Below are positions 1-6,918 of a DNA stretch of 18,433 nucleotides, piece after piece. This DNA comes from PVC group bacterium (GTDB lineage: Bacteria > GCA-001730085 > JADFSZ01): contig JADFSZ010000012.1 in the NCBI GenBank assembly GCA_022560555.1, positions 1-18,433 on the forward strand, read 5' to 3'. The position numbers were made by a program, and so were the translations under genes. Position 1 is the first letter of the stretch, and each line of letters begins with the position of its first letter. The notes below the pieces were generated by a model, which did not search any database, was not told the origin of the DNA, and saw only the letters and a program-made list of their open reading frames with translations.

Positions 1-175
1 AAAGCTTTTGAAGGCTGCCTAACACGGGTGTGGGTCTGTCGGAATGAGTAAAAATCCGGTTCACCCAATCCGGGCCCGGGAGGTGCAAGGATTCTTTAGA
101 GATCGTTTTGCAGGTATGATCCAGTAAACTTTTGCCATCTTTTCCTAGATGTTTTTCTATATCTTTGAGAGCCAT
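1..175 (-). CDS. fbaB: Class I fructose-bisphosphate aldolase (FbaB/DhnA type). Only the 5' end (58 codons) is in the window; the gene continues past the left edge.
   Basis: ATG at 175..173 is preceded by GGAGAT (revcomp of 180..185). My translation, MALKDIEKHLGKDGKSLLDHTCKTISKESLHLPGPDWVNRIFTHSDRPTPVLGSLQKL, lines up with the remembered N-terminus of E. coli FbaB (..LLGKDADNLLQHRCMTIPSDQLYLPGHDYVDRV..NRPPAVLRNMQTLY). It is open-ended, so it is missing from the ORF track. Confidence 0.75.
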   Translation of the reverse strand, partial: MALKDIEKHLGKDGKSLLDHTCKTISKESLHLPGPDWVNRIFTHSDRPTPVLGSLQKL

Positions 176-226
176 TCGTATCTCCTGAAAGTCATTTCAT
201 AAGGGTCGTAAATTTCGATTTGGTAC

Positions 227-254
227 ATTTTAACGATTTTCGTCATGTTGTCAA
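227..254 (-). promoter_or_regulatory. Sigma70-type promoter for fbaB, with a 13-bp palindrome over the -35
   Basis: On the minus strand: TTGACA (254..249), 16 nt spacer, TAAAAT (232..227), about 50 nt upstream of the fbaB ATG. The perfect palindrome ATGTTG-T-CAACAT (245..257) overlaps the -35. Confidence 0.5.
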
Positions 255-260
255 CATAGT

Positions 261-409
261 AGTTCGGAGCCAGGAGTTCGGAGAATTCATTTACCCTTAC
301 TTAGTCATAACATCTAAAAACCACACGATTTGGATATTGAGTGTTTTGAATTGGAAACTTATGAGGCTTTGAAAAAGGGTTTTTTGCTCCGAACTCTTAA
401 CTCCGAACT
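261..409. repeat. Composite inverted repeat: 23-bp arms, each holding two copies of a 9-mer at 14-bp phasing, flanking 103 bp
   Basis: Left arm 261..283 is AGTTCGGAG-CCAGG-AGTTCGGAG. Right arm 387..409 is CTCCGAACT-CTTAA-CTCCGAACT. The four 9-mers are perfect reverse complements and only the 5-nt linkers differ. The right arm includes the hemB stop codon (408..410). Confidence 0.8.
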
Positions 410-2000
410 AATGGCGTAGCCATTCGGCGGCATCTTTGGCATGGTAGGTGAGGATAAAGTTAGCTCCGGCACGCTTGAAGCTGACAAGGATTTCTAACAC
501 AGCTTCTTTCTCATTTAACCATCCGTTTTGAGCTGCGGCTTTCACCATGGCATATTCTCCCGATACGTTATACACAGCCACGGGAACTTTTGACATTTCG
601 CATATTGTTTTTAAGACATCCAAATAAGACAGACCGGGTTTGACCATAACCATGTCAGCCCCTTCTTCAATATCCAACTCAATTTCCCTCACGGCTTCAC
701 GGGCATTAGCCGGGTCCATCTGATATGTTTTTTTGTCGCCTTTTTTGGGCGTGCTCCCTAGGGCATCCCGAAATGGACCATAGAATGAAGAAGCGTATTT
801 GGCCGAATACGCCAATATCCCGACATTCGTGAATCCTTGTTCGTCTAAAGCGTCTCGAATATACCCCACGCGTCCGTCCATCATGTCCGACGGGGCCACA
901 ATATCGGCACCGGCTTCAGCTTGTGTCAATGTCATTTTCGCCAAAATCTCAAGAGTCTCATCATTCACGATTCGGCCAACATTATCCACAATCCCGTCAT
1001 GACCATCACTGCTGTAGGGATCCATAGCCACATCCGTGATAAGAACGAGATCGGGAATATTTTGTTTGATGAGGCGAATGGTTTTTTGATAAAGTCCTTG
1101 AGAATTGTACGATTCGCGTGCGGTCTTATCCTTTAATGCTTCCGGGATAAGCCCAAAGAGCACCACCCCTGGAATTCCGGATTGGTAGAGTTCCTCGCAT
1201 TCTTTGACAATGAGATCCATGCTCAGGCGGTATATTCCCGGCAGTGAAGGTATTGCCACTCGAAGATTTTTTCCATCACAGACAAAAAGAGGCATAACGA
1301 GATCTTCGACCGAAAGGGAAGACTCACGGACAAGTTTGCGAATGCCCTCCGATTGGCGAAGTCTCCGGGGACGCTTACGAATATTTGCCAAAGATGATTT
1401 GACATCGTATGTGTGAAAATCCACGTCCGTCTTTTCTTCGGATTTTATCAAAGGATCTCTATACATTATTTTACGATGTGATTTTTTAAGATTTTCTAAC
1501 ACATCTTCGTAATTCGGCTCCGTTGTGATCTCCGGAACGATTTGAATGTAACGAATCACGCCTTCGGTGTCCACGATGAAAACGGCCCGCGTGAGAAGAT
1601 TGGCTTCTTTCCAATTTACACCCCAAGCATTTCCGAATTCACGGGAGTTATAATCGGATAAAGACTGAATGTTCTCGGCCTTGTTAGCACCGCACCAGCG
1701 GGCCTGGGCGAAAGGCAGATCACGGCTCACAAGCAAAACAACCGTGTTGTTACCGAGCTTGGCCGCTTCTGTGTTAAATCTTTTGGCCTCCAGATCACAC
1801 ACAGGCGTATCCAAAGAAGGGACAGCTACGATGATACATGTTTTTCCCTTAAATGAAGAAAGGTTTACGGCTTCAAGACCGTTCGAAACAAGTGTGGTGT
1901 CGGGTGCCTGATCACCAACTTTAATTTCATTTCCCGTGATTGTAACGGGTGTTCCTTTAAATGTGACAATATTTTTACGTTCTACAGCGGTTGTACTCAT
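408..2000 (-). CDS. hemB: One continuous ORF of 530 aa. The thiol peroxidase (Tpx, atypical 2-Cys peroxiredoxin) domain spans 2000..~1485 and runs without a stop into porphobilinogen synthase (HemB/ALAD), whose own ATG is at 1466..1464 and whose stop is at 410..408.
   Basis: Tpx part: MSTTAVERKNIVTFKG..PSLDTPVCD..LPFAQARWCG..EITTEPNYE matches the E. coli Tpx layout. Its ATG at 2000..1998 has a GGAGGA SD 7 nt upstream. HemB part: RPRRLR, both Schiff-base lysine motifs (AYSAKYASSFYGPFRDA and MVMVKPG), and an Asp-rich metal site DVAMDPYSSDGHDG, which is the non-zinc type. The track's longer start at 2096 lacks an SD and overlaps the aquaporin remnant. Confidence 0.85.
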   Translation of the reverse strand: MSTTAVERKNIVTFKGTPVTITGNEIKVGDQAPDTTLVSNGLEAVNLSSFKGKTCIIVAVPSLDTPVCDLEAKRFNTEAAKLGNNTVVLLVSRDLPFAQARWCGANKAENIQSLSDYNSREFGNAWGVNWKEANLLTRAVFIVDTEGVIRYIQIVPEITTEPNYEDVLENLKKSHRKIMYRDPLIKSEEKTDVDFHTYDVKSSLANIRKRPRRLRQSEGIRKLVRESSLSVEDLVMPLFVCDGKNLRVAIPSLPGIYRLSMDLIVKECEELYQSGIPGVVLFGLIPEALKDKTARESYNSQGLYQKTIRLIKQNIPDLVLITDVAMDPYSSDGHDGIVDNVGRIVNDETLEILAKMTLTQAEAGADIVAPSDMMDGRVGYIRDALDEQGFTNVGILAYSAKYASSFYGPFRDALGSTPKKGDKKTYQMDPANAREAVREIELDIEEGADMVMVKPGLSYLDVLKTICEMSKVPVAVYNVSGEYAMVKAAAQNGWLNEKEAVLEILVSFKRAGANFILTYHAKDAAEWLRH

Positions 2001-2038
2001 GATGGTTTCCTCCATGTTAATCGTTTTCAAGAAATCGA

Positions 2039-2230
2039 TTATAAATATATAGCCCCAAGAACGCCCCCAATAATAGGACCCATCCAGTAAAGCCACGCGT
2101 GATGTGATCCTCCTCCCAAGAGCGCCGGGCCCATAAAACGCGCCGGATTCATAGCCGCGATCGCACCGACACCTATAAAAACCAAAGGGAACGTTCCAAT
2201 AAATTCAGCGATACATGCTTTACGATTCAT
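2039..2230 (-). pseudogene. MIP/aquaporin remnant of 63 aa: TM1 joined in frame to the second NPA half-helix plus TM6, with about 170 internal residues missing
   Basis: MNRKACIAEFIGTFPLVFIGVGAIAA resembles the AqpZ N-terminus ([26 protein letters not shown]). It is followed directly by MNPARFMGPALLGGGSHHAWLYWMGPIIGGVLGAIYL, which resembles the C-terminal NPAR..W.F.W..PI.GG..G..Y segment. The first NPA box and TM2-5 are absent. An AAGGA SD lies 7 nt upstream of the ATG. Confidence 0.7.
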
Positions 2231-2301
2231 GCGAGATCCTTTTGTTATGGGGGTTATGCAAGGTTTTCAAGCCATGTGAGTTTAGGTCAAGACGAAAGCG
2301 T

Positions 2302-2329
2302 ATTATAGCACGAGACTTTATTACGTCAA
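2302..2329 (-). promoter_or_regulatory. Near-consensus sigma70 promoter with extended -10, upstream of the aquaporin remnant and tpx-hemB
   Basis: On the minus strand: TTGACG (2329..2324), 16 nt spacer ending in TGC, TATAAT (2307..2302). That gives TGnTATAAT. The predicted start site is about 65 nt upstream of the remnant's ATG. Confidence 0.6.
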
Positions 2330-2372
2330 TCTAGGAATCCCATCCTGGGACGAGATGTTTCGGCCTACAATT

Positions 2373-3956
2373 TCAGGAGTCAGGATGTTCTCCGGATGCG
2401 GACTCATAGATATAATTCAAAATATTTCTGATAGACAAAACACCTAAGGGGCCTTCGGAACTTTGGATGGGTAAATGGCGGAATTTCCCCATGGAAAGTT
2501 TATTGATGGCGTAGCCGATGGTGGATGATTCGTGGATTTTTTCCGGACGGATTTTGATGAGGGACAGAACCGGTGTTGTCTCACGGTCCATTTTTTGGAG
2601 CGCTACTTTCAAAAGAATATCCCGTTCCGTGACGATACCTACAAGTTTTTTTCCATCGACTACAAGCAAACACTCCACTTTGTTTTTTTTCATCGTCTGA
2701 ATGGTTTTCGCGATCGAATCATGCGGAGCAACGAAAATACCTGATGTGAGTCCGTATTTACCCAAAACGTTTTTGACGGGTTCCCGTAAAAAACGTAACA
2801 GAGGATTTTCATTTAATTTTTCGGCTTTAGCTTTTAGTTCGGATTGAATTTCTATCTCTTCGTCATAGGGGCGAAACACGGATCCATCCGCGACGGAAGC
2901 TTTTGGCTTTTGACCTTCGGCATGATAGGACCAAAAATAAGTTCCTAAAAGAAGAGATTGGAGATTTCCTTCTCCTCTTTGTTCTATGGATTTTGTGATC
3001 TGATCCCGCACCTGGTCCGCGTATGTTGGACGCTTGACACTTCTTAATACGCCCATGGGCGTGGGTTTATCGGGAAACGACATCTGCGCAAGGATGTACG
3101 CATACGATGGATCCATATTGTATTGATTATGTGTGACAATATCATCTTCTTTAACTCCTTTTTGTCCGACAGTGACCACTTCCGTGGTCATACCATTTAT
3201 ACGGATGCCTTTATTTTTATCACGACCGAACATAAGGGGTTTTCCATGCTCTAACATGAGGATTTGATCTTCTCGAACATCACGGCTTGCAACATCCTTG
3301 AAGGCGTTGTCATGAAAAATCACGCAATTTTGAAGAATTTCAACAAAAGAAGTGCCTTTGTGATTGGCGGCGGCATGAAACACCGAAAGCATATGTTTTG
3401 GATTTGTGTCAATTGTTCGAGCCACAAAAGTTGCTTCAGATGCCAGCGCGAAACAGAGGGGATTGATGGGGGTTTCGATGGATCCCATGGGACTCGTCTT
3501 GGTCTTATGCCCGGGCAACGATGTCGGGCTGTATTGGCCCTTTGTCAATCCGTAAACGCGATTGTTAAACAGCAGGATAGTTACATCCAGATTTCGTCGT
3601 AACACGTGCATGAGATGATTTCCGCCAATCGATAAACCGTCACCATCACCCGTGATGATCCATACGGACAGATCGGGATTCGCGACTTTGAGACCTGTGG
3701 CAATCGTGGGTGCGCGCCCGTGAATTGTATGAAATCCGTACGTATTCAAATAATAAGGAAATCGACTTGAACAACCGATTCCGCTTATGATCACGAAATT
3801 TTCGCGTGGGATCCCCAGCTCCGGAAATATTTTCTGGGCTGTTGACAAGATGGCGTAATCTCCGCATCCCGGACACCAGCGCACATCCACTTTGGGAACA
3901 AAATCCTTGCGGGTTAAGGGGGTAATGATGCTATCTGTTGAGCGAGCCGGTGTCAT
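2373..3956 (-). CDS. korB: 2-oxoacid:ferredoxin oxidoreductase beta subunit (KorB type, TPP-binding) with a C-terminal CBS-pair extension
   Basis: WCPGCGDYAIL and the TPP motif GDGDGLSIGGNHLMHVLRRNLDVTILLFNNRVYGLT are present. The C-terminal 125 aa (2376..2750) show two CBS-like repeats (..ECLLVVDGKKLVGIVTERDILLKV.. and ..FRHLPIQSSEGPLGVLSIRNILNYI..), joined by a roughly 60-aa linker. I chose the start MTPARS at 3956..3954, which forms an ATGA overlap with the korA stop. Confidence 0.9.
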   Translation of the reverse strand: MTPARSTDSIITPLTRKDFVPKVDVRWCPGCGDYAILSTAQKIFPELGIPRENFVIISGIGCSSRFPYYLNTYGFHTIHGRAPTIATGLKVANPDLSVWIITGDGDGLSIGGNHLMHVLRRNLDVTILLFNNRVYGLTKGQYSPTSLPGHKTKTSPMGSIETPINPLCFALASEATFVARTIDTNPKHMLSVFHAAANHKGTSFVEILQNCVIFHDNAFKDVASRDVREDQILMLEHGKPLMFGRDKNKGIRINGMTTEVVTVGQKGVKEDDIVTHNQYNMDPSYAYILAQMSFPDKPTPMGVLRSVKRPTYADQVRDQITKSIEQRGEGNLQSLLLGTYFWSYHAEGQKPKASVADGSVFRPYDEEIEIQSELKAKAEKLNENPLLRFLREPVKNVLGKYGLTSGIFVAPHDSIAKTIQTMKKNKVECLLVVDGKKLVGIVTERDILLKVALQKMDRETTPVLSLIKIRPEKIHESSTIGYAINKLSMGKFRHLPIQSSEGPLGVLSIRNILNYIYESASGEHPDS

Positions 3957-5794
3957 AGATATGTCCTTATCTTTGTTTCGATTTCCTGGATGGCAAAGGG
4001 TCGTCCCTGAACTTTTGAAAAACATTCGGCGTCTATAAGGTATTTTGCGCGAATCAGCATGGTTAATTGTCCCAGATTTATTTCAGGGATAAGCACTTTT
4101 TCAAAATTTTTGATAATTTGATGCAAATCAAGAGGAAGGGGATTGAGATAACGCAAGTGGAGGCTTGAAACCGCGTGACCTTGTTTTTGCAGGCGATTCA
4201 CGGCTGTGGTAATCGCTCCGTACGTTCCTCCCCAACCGATCACGAGAATTTTTCCATGATCGGATCCGTTGATTTCTGTCGGTTTAAAGTCTCTCGCGAT
4301 ACCTGCGACTTTGCCCGCGCGCAGGCAAACCATTTTCTCGTGATTTTCCGGATCATAACTAACTCCACCAGTTTCATTTTTTTCGAGGCCTCCAATGCGA
4401 TGTTCTTGACCGGGAGTACCGGGAATCGCCAAACGGCGCGCCAGTGTGTGTGGATCCCGCTGATAGGGAACATATTCGACATTTTTGTCCGCGTAGGTGA
4501 TGTGACTTGACGGTAAATCATCAATGGCCGGGATCTTCCACGGTTCTGTTCCATTCGCAATGTATCCATCTGAAAGCATCACCACGGGAGTATTATACTT
4601 AAAAGCGATGCTCGCGCAGTCAATAAATGTCTCGAAACAATCCGAAGGAGACCTCGCGGCTAAAATAGGAACGGGGGATTCTCCGTTACGTCCGAACAAA
4701 ACCTGAAGAAGATCCGCTTGTTCCGTTTTTGTCGGAAGACCGGTGCTGGGACCGCCGCGCTGGACATTGATGACTATCAGAGGAAGCTCCGTGATGACCG
4801 CTAGACCCATCATCTCGGCCTTAAGACACATACCCGGACCGCTTGTCGCCGTTATACCTAAATTTCCGGCAAAACTGGCGCCTAAGGCCATCCCGATGGC
4901 CGCAATTTCATCTTCCGCTTGGAGGGTTTTGATTCCAAAATGTTTGTTGCTTGATAAATAGGCCAAAATGTCGGTTGCCGGTGTGATAGGGTAGCTCGCG
5001 TAAACAACTTCTATATTCGATGTTTTCGCGAATGTAATAATCCCAAAAGATAAAGCTTCATTCCCGGAAATTTTCCGATACACTCCCGGTTCCATCGTTG
5101 TGACAGGACTGACATGGAAATGAGTCGGCATCAATTCGGAGGTTTCGGCAAAATAATAGCCCGCCTTGAGGGCCCGGCTGTTGGCATCAATCACGTCGGT
5201 CTTTTTTGCGAATTTTCTTTTGATCCATCCAAGAGTGTAATCCATGTCACGGTTATAAAGCCAGTAGGTTACTCCGAGCGCAAAAAAGTTTTTGCACAAT
5301 GTCTTTTCCGAAGTTTTAAGGGGATTGTCTTTGAGGACCTCAAGGGTTAAGTCAGTGATTTTGATTTTGATAATCTTAAATTTTTGCGAGAAAGCTTTAT
5401 CTTCAAGAGGATCTGATGTGTAACCGGCTTTTTTAAGATTTTGAGGCGTAAATGTGTTTGTGTTAGCGATCACAATGCCCCCGTTCTTTAACTCGCTAAT
5501 GTTAACTTTGAAGGCCGCCGGATTCATGGCGACAAGAACATCCGGCGTATCTCCGGGAGTGAGAATCTGGTTACTTCCGAAACAGAGCTGAAATCCGGAA
5601 ACACCCGGTAAAGTGCCCTGAGGCGCGCGAATTTCCGCTGGAAAATCCGGAAAAGTGCTGATATCATTTCCGGCGATCGCGCTTGAGTTGGTGAATTGTG
5701 TGCCTGTAAGCTGCATGCCGTCGCCCGAGTCTCCGGCAAAACGAATCACAACCGATTCAAGTTCAGTGACAGATTTTTTCACGTTAGATTCCAT
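3953..5794 (-). CDS. korA: 2-oxoacid:ferredoxin oxidoreductase alpha subunit (KorA type, fused gamma-alpha architecture)
   Basis: VVIRFAGDSGDGMQLTG is near the N-terminus, and YPITPATDIL and GGPSTGLPTKTEQADL motifs are present. I prefer the start MESNVKKS at 5794..5792, 4 nt after the upstream gene's stop; its distance to VVIRFAGDSG matches the remembered M. tuberculosis KorA. The track's start at 5836 would overlap the upstream gene and has no SD. Confidence 0.88.
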   Translation of the reverse strand: MESNVKKSVTELESVVIRFAGDSGDGMQLTGTQFTNSSAIAGNDISTFPDFPAEIRAPQGTLPGVSGFQLCFGSNQILTPGDTPDVLVAMNPAAFKVNISELKNGGIVIANTNTFTPQNLKKAGYTSDPLEDKAFSQKFKIIKIKITDLTLEVLKDNPLKTSEKTLCKNFFALGVTYWLYNRDMDYTLGWIKRKFAKKTDVIDANSRALKAGYYFAETSELMPTHFHVSPVTTMEPGVYRKISGNEALSFGIITFAKTSNIEVVYASYPITPATDILAYLSSNKHFGIKTLQAEDEIAAIGMALGASFAGNLGITATSGPGMCLKAEMMGLAVITELPLIVINVQRGGPSTGLPTKTEQADLLQVLFGRNGESPVPILAARSPSDCFETFIDCASIAFKYNTPVVMLSDGYIANGTEPWKIPAIDDLPSSHITYADKNVEYVPYQRDPHTLARRLAIPGTPGQEHRIGGLEKNETGGVSYDPENHEKMVCLRAGKVAGIARDFKPTEINGSDHGKILVIGWGGTYGAITTAVNRLQKQGHAVSSLHLRYLNPLPLDLHQIIKNFEKVLIPEINLGQLTMLIRAKYLIDAECFSKVQGRPFAIQEIETKIRTYL

Positions 5795-5798
5795 ATGC

Positions 5799-6278
5799 TT
5801 ATGCCCCGAACGTTTCTGTGGAAATTCGTTCTCCATACGGAGGAAGATTCAGCACTTCCCCCGGTAAATTTTCGGCAATAAATGTGATCAAATTCCGAAC
5901 AGACAAAAGTCCTAAAATGTTTTTTGGATTATGGCATATGGGAATGTGTCTGATGGATGTTTTTCCTAAAAAAATAACAACATCGGAAATAAGCGTATCG
6001 GGCGAAAGAGACAAAACCTTACGGCTCATAAATTTACCAATGGGTGTGGATTTTGCAAGATCGGTCGCGATGAACTTTTCCATTATGTCTCTTCCGGTTA
6101 CAATCCCCGACAGGGCTTTGTCTTTGTTGATGACAAGGACACAACCTGTTTTTTTGGTCTGCATGTCGCGAATAGTGGCCTCGATGGACGTATCTTCCGT
6201 GACAATAATAGGGGTTTGAAGCGGAATGTGTCCGACACTAACGGACCAAAAATCCGTTTTTTGTTTTGATTCAGTCAC
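5799..6278 (-). CDS. Stand-alone CBS-pair protein (159 aa), first gene of the kor operon
   Basis: Two CBS-like repeats (..GCVLVINKDKALSGIVTGRDIMEKF.. and ..IRHIPICHNPKNILGLLSVRNLITFI..). GTG start at 6278..6276 with a GAGGGA SD about 6 nt upstream. There is no in-frame ATG until codon 39. Confidence 0.8.
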   Translation of the reverse strand: MTESKQKTDFWSVSVGHIPLQTPIIVTEDTSIEATIRDMQTKKTGCVLVINKDKALSGIVTGRDIMEKFIATDLAKSTPIGKFMSRKVLSLSPDTLISDVVIFLGKTSIRHIPICHNPKNILGLLSVRNLITFIAENLPGEVLNLPPYGERISTETFGA

Positions 6279-6377
6279 AAGTTTCCCTCTTGTTATGAAA
6301 ATCCGTGGATGTATAAAAATACTGCATAATAGGGAGAGCCCTTGTCATGCAGTCAAAATTCATCGATACATGGCCAA

Positions 6378-6392
6378 GGCCAAAATTTGGCC
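6378..6392. promoter_or_regulatory. Perfect palindrome GGCCAAA-A-TTTGGCC in the divergent kor/thioesterase control region (candidate operator)
   Basis: It is 7-bp arms with a 1-nt spacer. An extra direct copy of GGCCAA precedes it (6372..6377). It sits between divergent genes. Confidence 0.3.
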
Positions 6393-6507
6393 GTAAACCT
6401 AGATGTATTAGTAACATAAAATCATTTGTTTGTCAAGGCAGGTCTGTGTTAGGATAAACGTGTTAGTGGCTGACAACGCTTTGCCGACTATGCCCCTGAG
6501 GAGAAAA

Positions 6508-6918
6508 ATGTTCAAAAAAACACATATTGTTCGGATGAATGATACCGATGCTGCCGGAATCTTGTTTTTCGCAAATCAGTTTTCTATAGTCCATGAGGTA
6601 TACGAAGATTTTATGGAGAGTATAGGGTGCGGATTTGCTCATTTGCTTGATAAAATGAATTTTTTTGTGCCGATTGTTCGTGCTGAGGCTGATTACAAAA
6701 GGTCTGTCAGTGTGGGGGAAAGACTCGAGATCAAACTGTTTGTTGAGAAAGTCGGAACGACGTCTTTTACCATGTCCTATACTTTAACCGGAAAAAATCG
6801 ACGGCGTATCGGGACGGTAAGAACCGTTCATGTGTCCGTCGGTCGTTCTTCAAAAAAGAAGATACCGTTACCCGCGCATCTCAAGAAGATCTTGAAAAAG
6901 CACGTGAGAGTTTTATAG
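6508..6918 (+). CDS. 4HBT-family hotdog thioesterase. From its context, it is likely the 1,4-dihydroxy-2-naphthoyl-CoA hydrolase.
   Basis: MFKKTHIVRMNDTDAAGILFFANQF.. carries the 4HBT-type N-terminal catalytic Asp context. It is 136 aa. A GAGGAG SD lies 5 nt upstream of the ATG at 6508; the track's TTG start at 6430 has none. It is adjacent and convergent to menE. Cyanobacterial DHNA-CoA thioesterases belong to this family. Confidence 0.65.
   Translation: MFKKTHIVRMNDTDAAGILFFANQFSIVHEVYEDFMESIGCGFAHLLDKMNFFVPIVRAEADYKRSVSVGERLEIKLFVEKVGTTSFTMSYTLTGKNRRRIGTVRTVHVSVGRSSKKKIPLPAHLKKILKKHVRVL

Noticed and set aside
2001-2096. A 32-codon 5' extension (MALLDGSYYWGRSWGYIFIIDFLKTINMEETI) of the tpx-hemB ORF, as drawn in the ORF track
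   Set aside because: It has no SD, its low-complexity composition is non-Tpx-like, and it overlaps the aquaporin-remnant frame. The ATG at 2000 has a GGAGGA SD and matches the canonical Tpx N-terminus.
2338-2350. The hairpin TCCCA-tcc-TGGGA downstream of korB, considered as an intrinsic terminator
   Set aside because: The stem is only 5 bp with a 3-nt loop, and there is no U-tract on the minus strand. It is too weak to call.
5795-5836. The longer korA start (MENEFPQKRSGHKH...)
   Set aside because: It would overlap the upstream CBS gene by 38 nt, and the sequence before it is anti-SD-like (CTTCCTCC). The ATG at 5794 gives an N-terminal length matching known KorA. It is still possible, so korA start confidence is moderate.
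6430-6507. The TTG-initiated 26-codon extension of the thioesterase
   Set aside because: It has no SD, while the ATG at 6508 has GAGGAG at ideal spacing. The 4HBT fold begins at MFKKTHIV.
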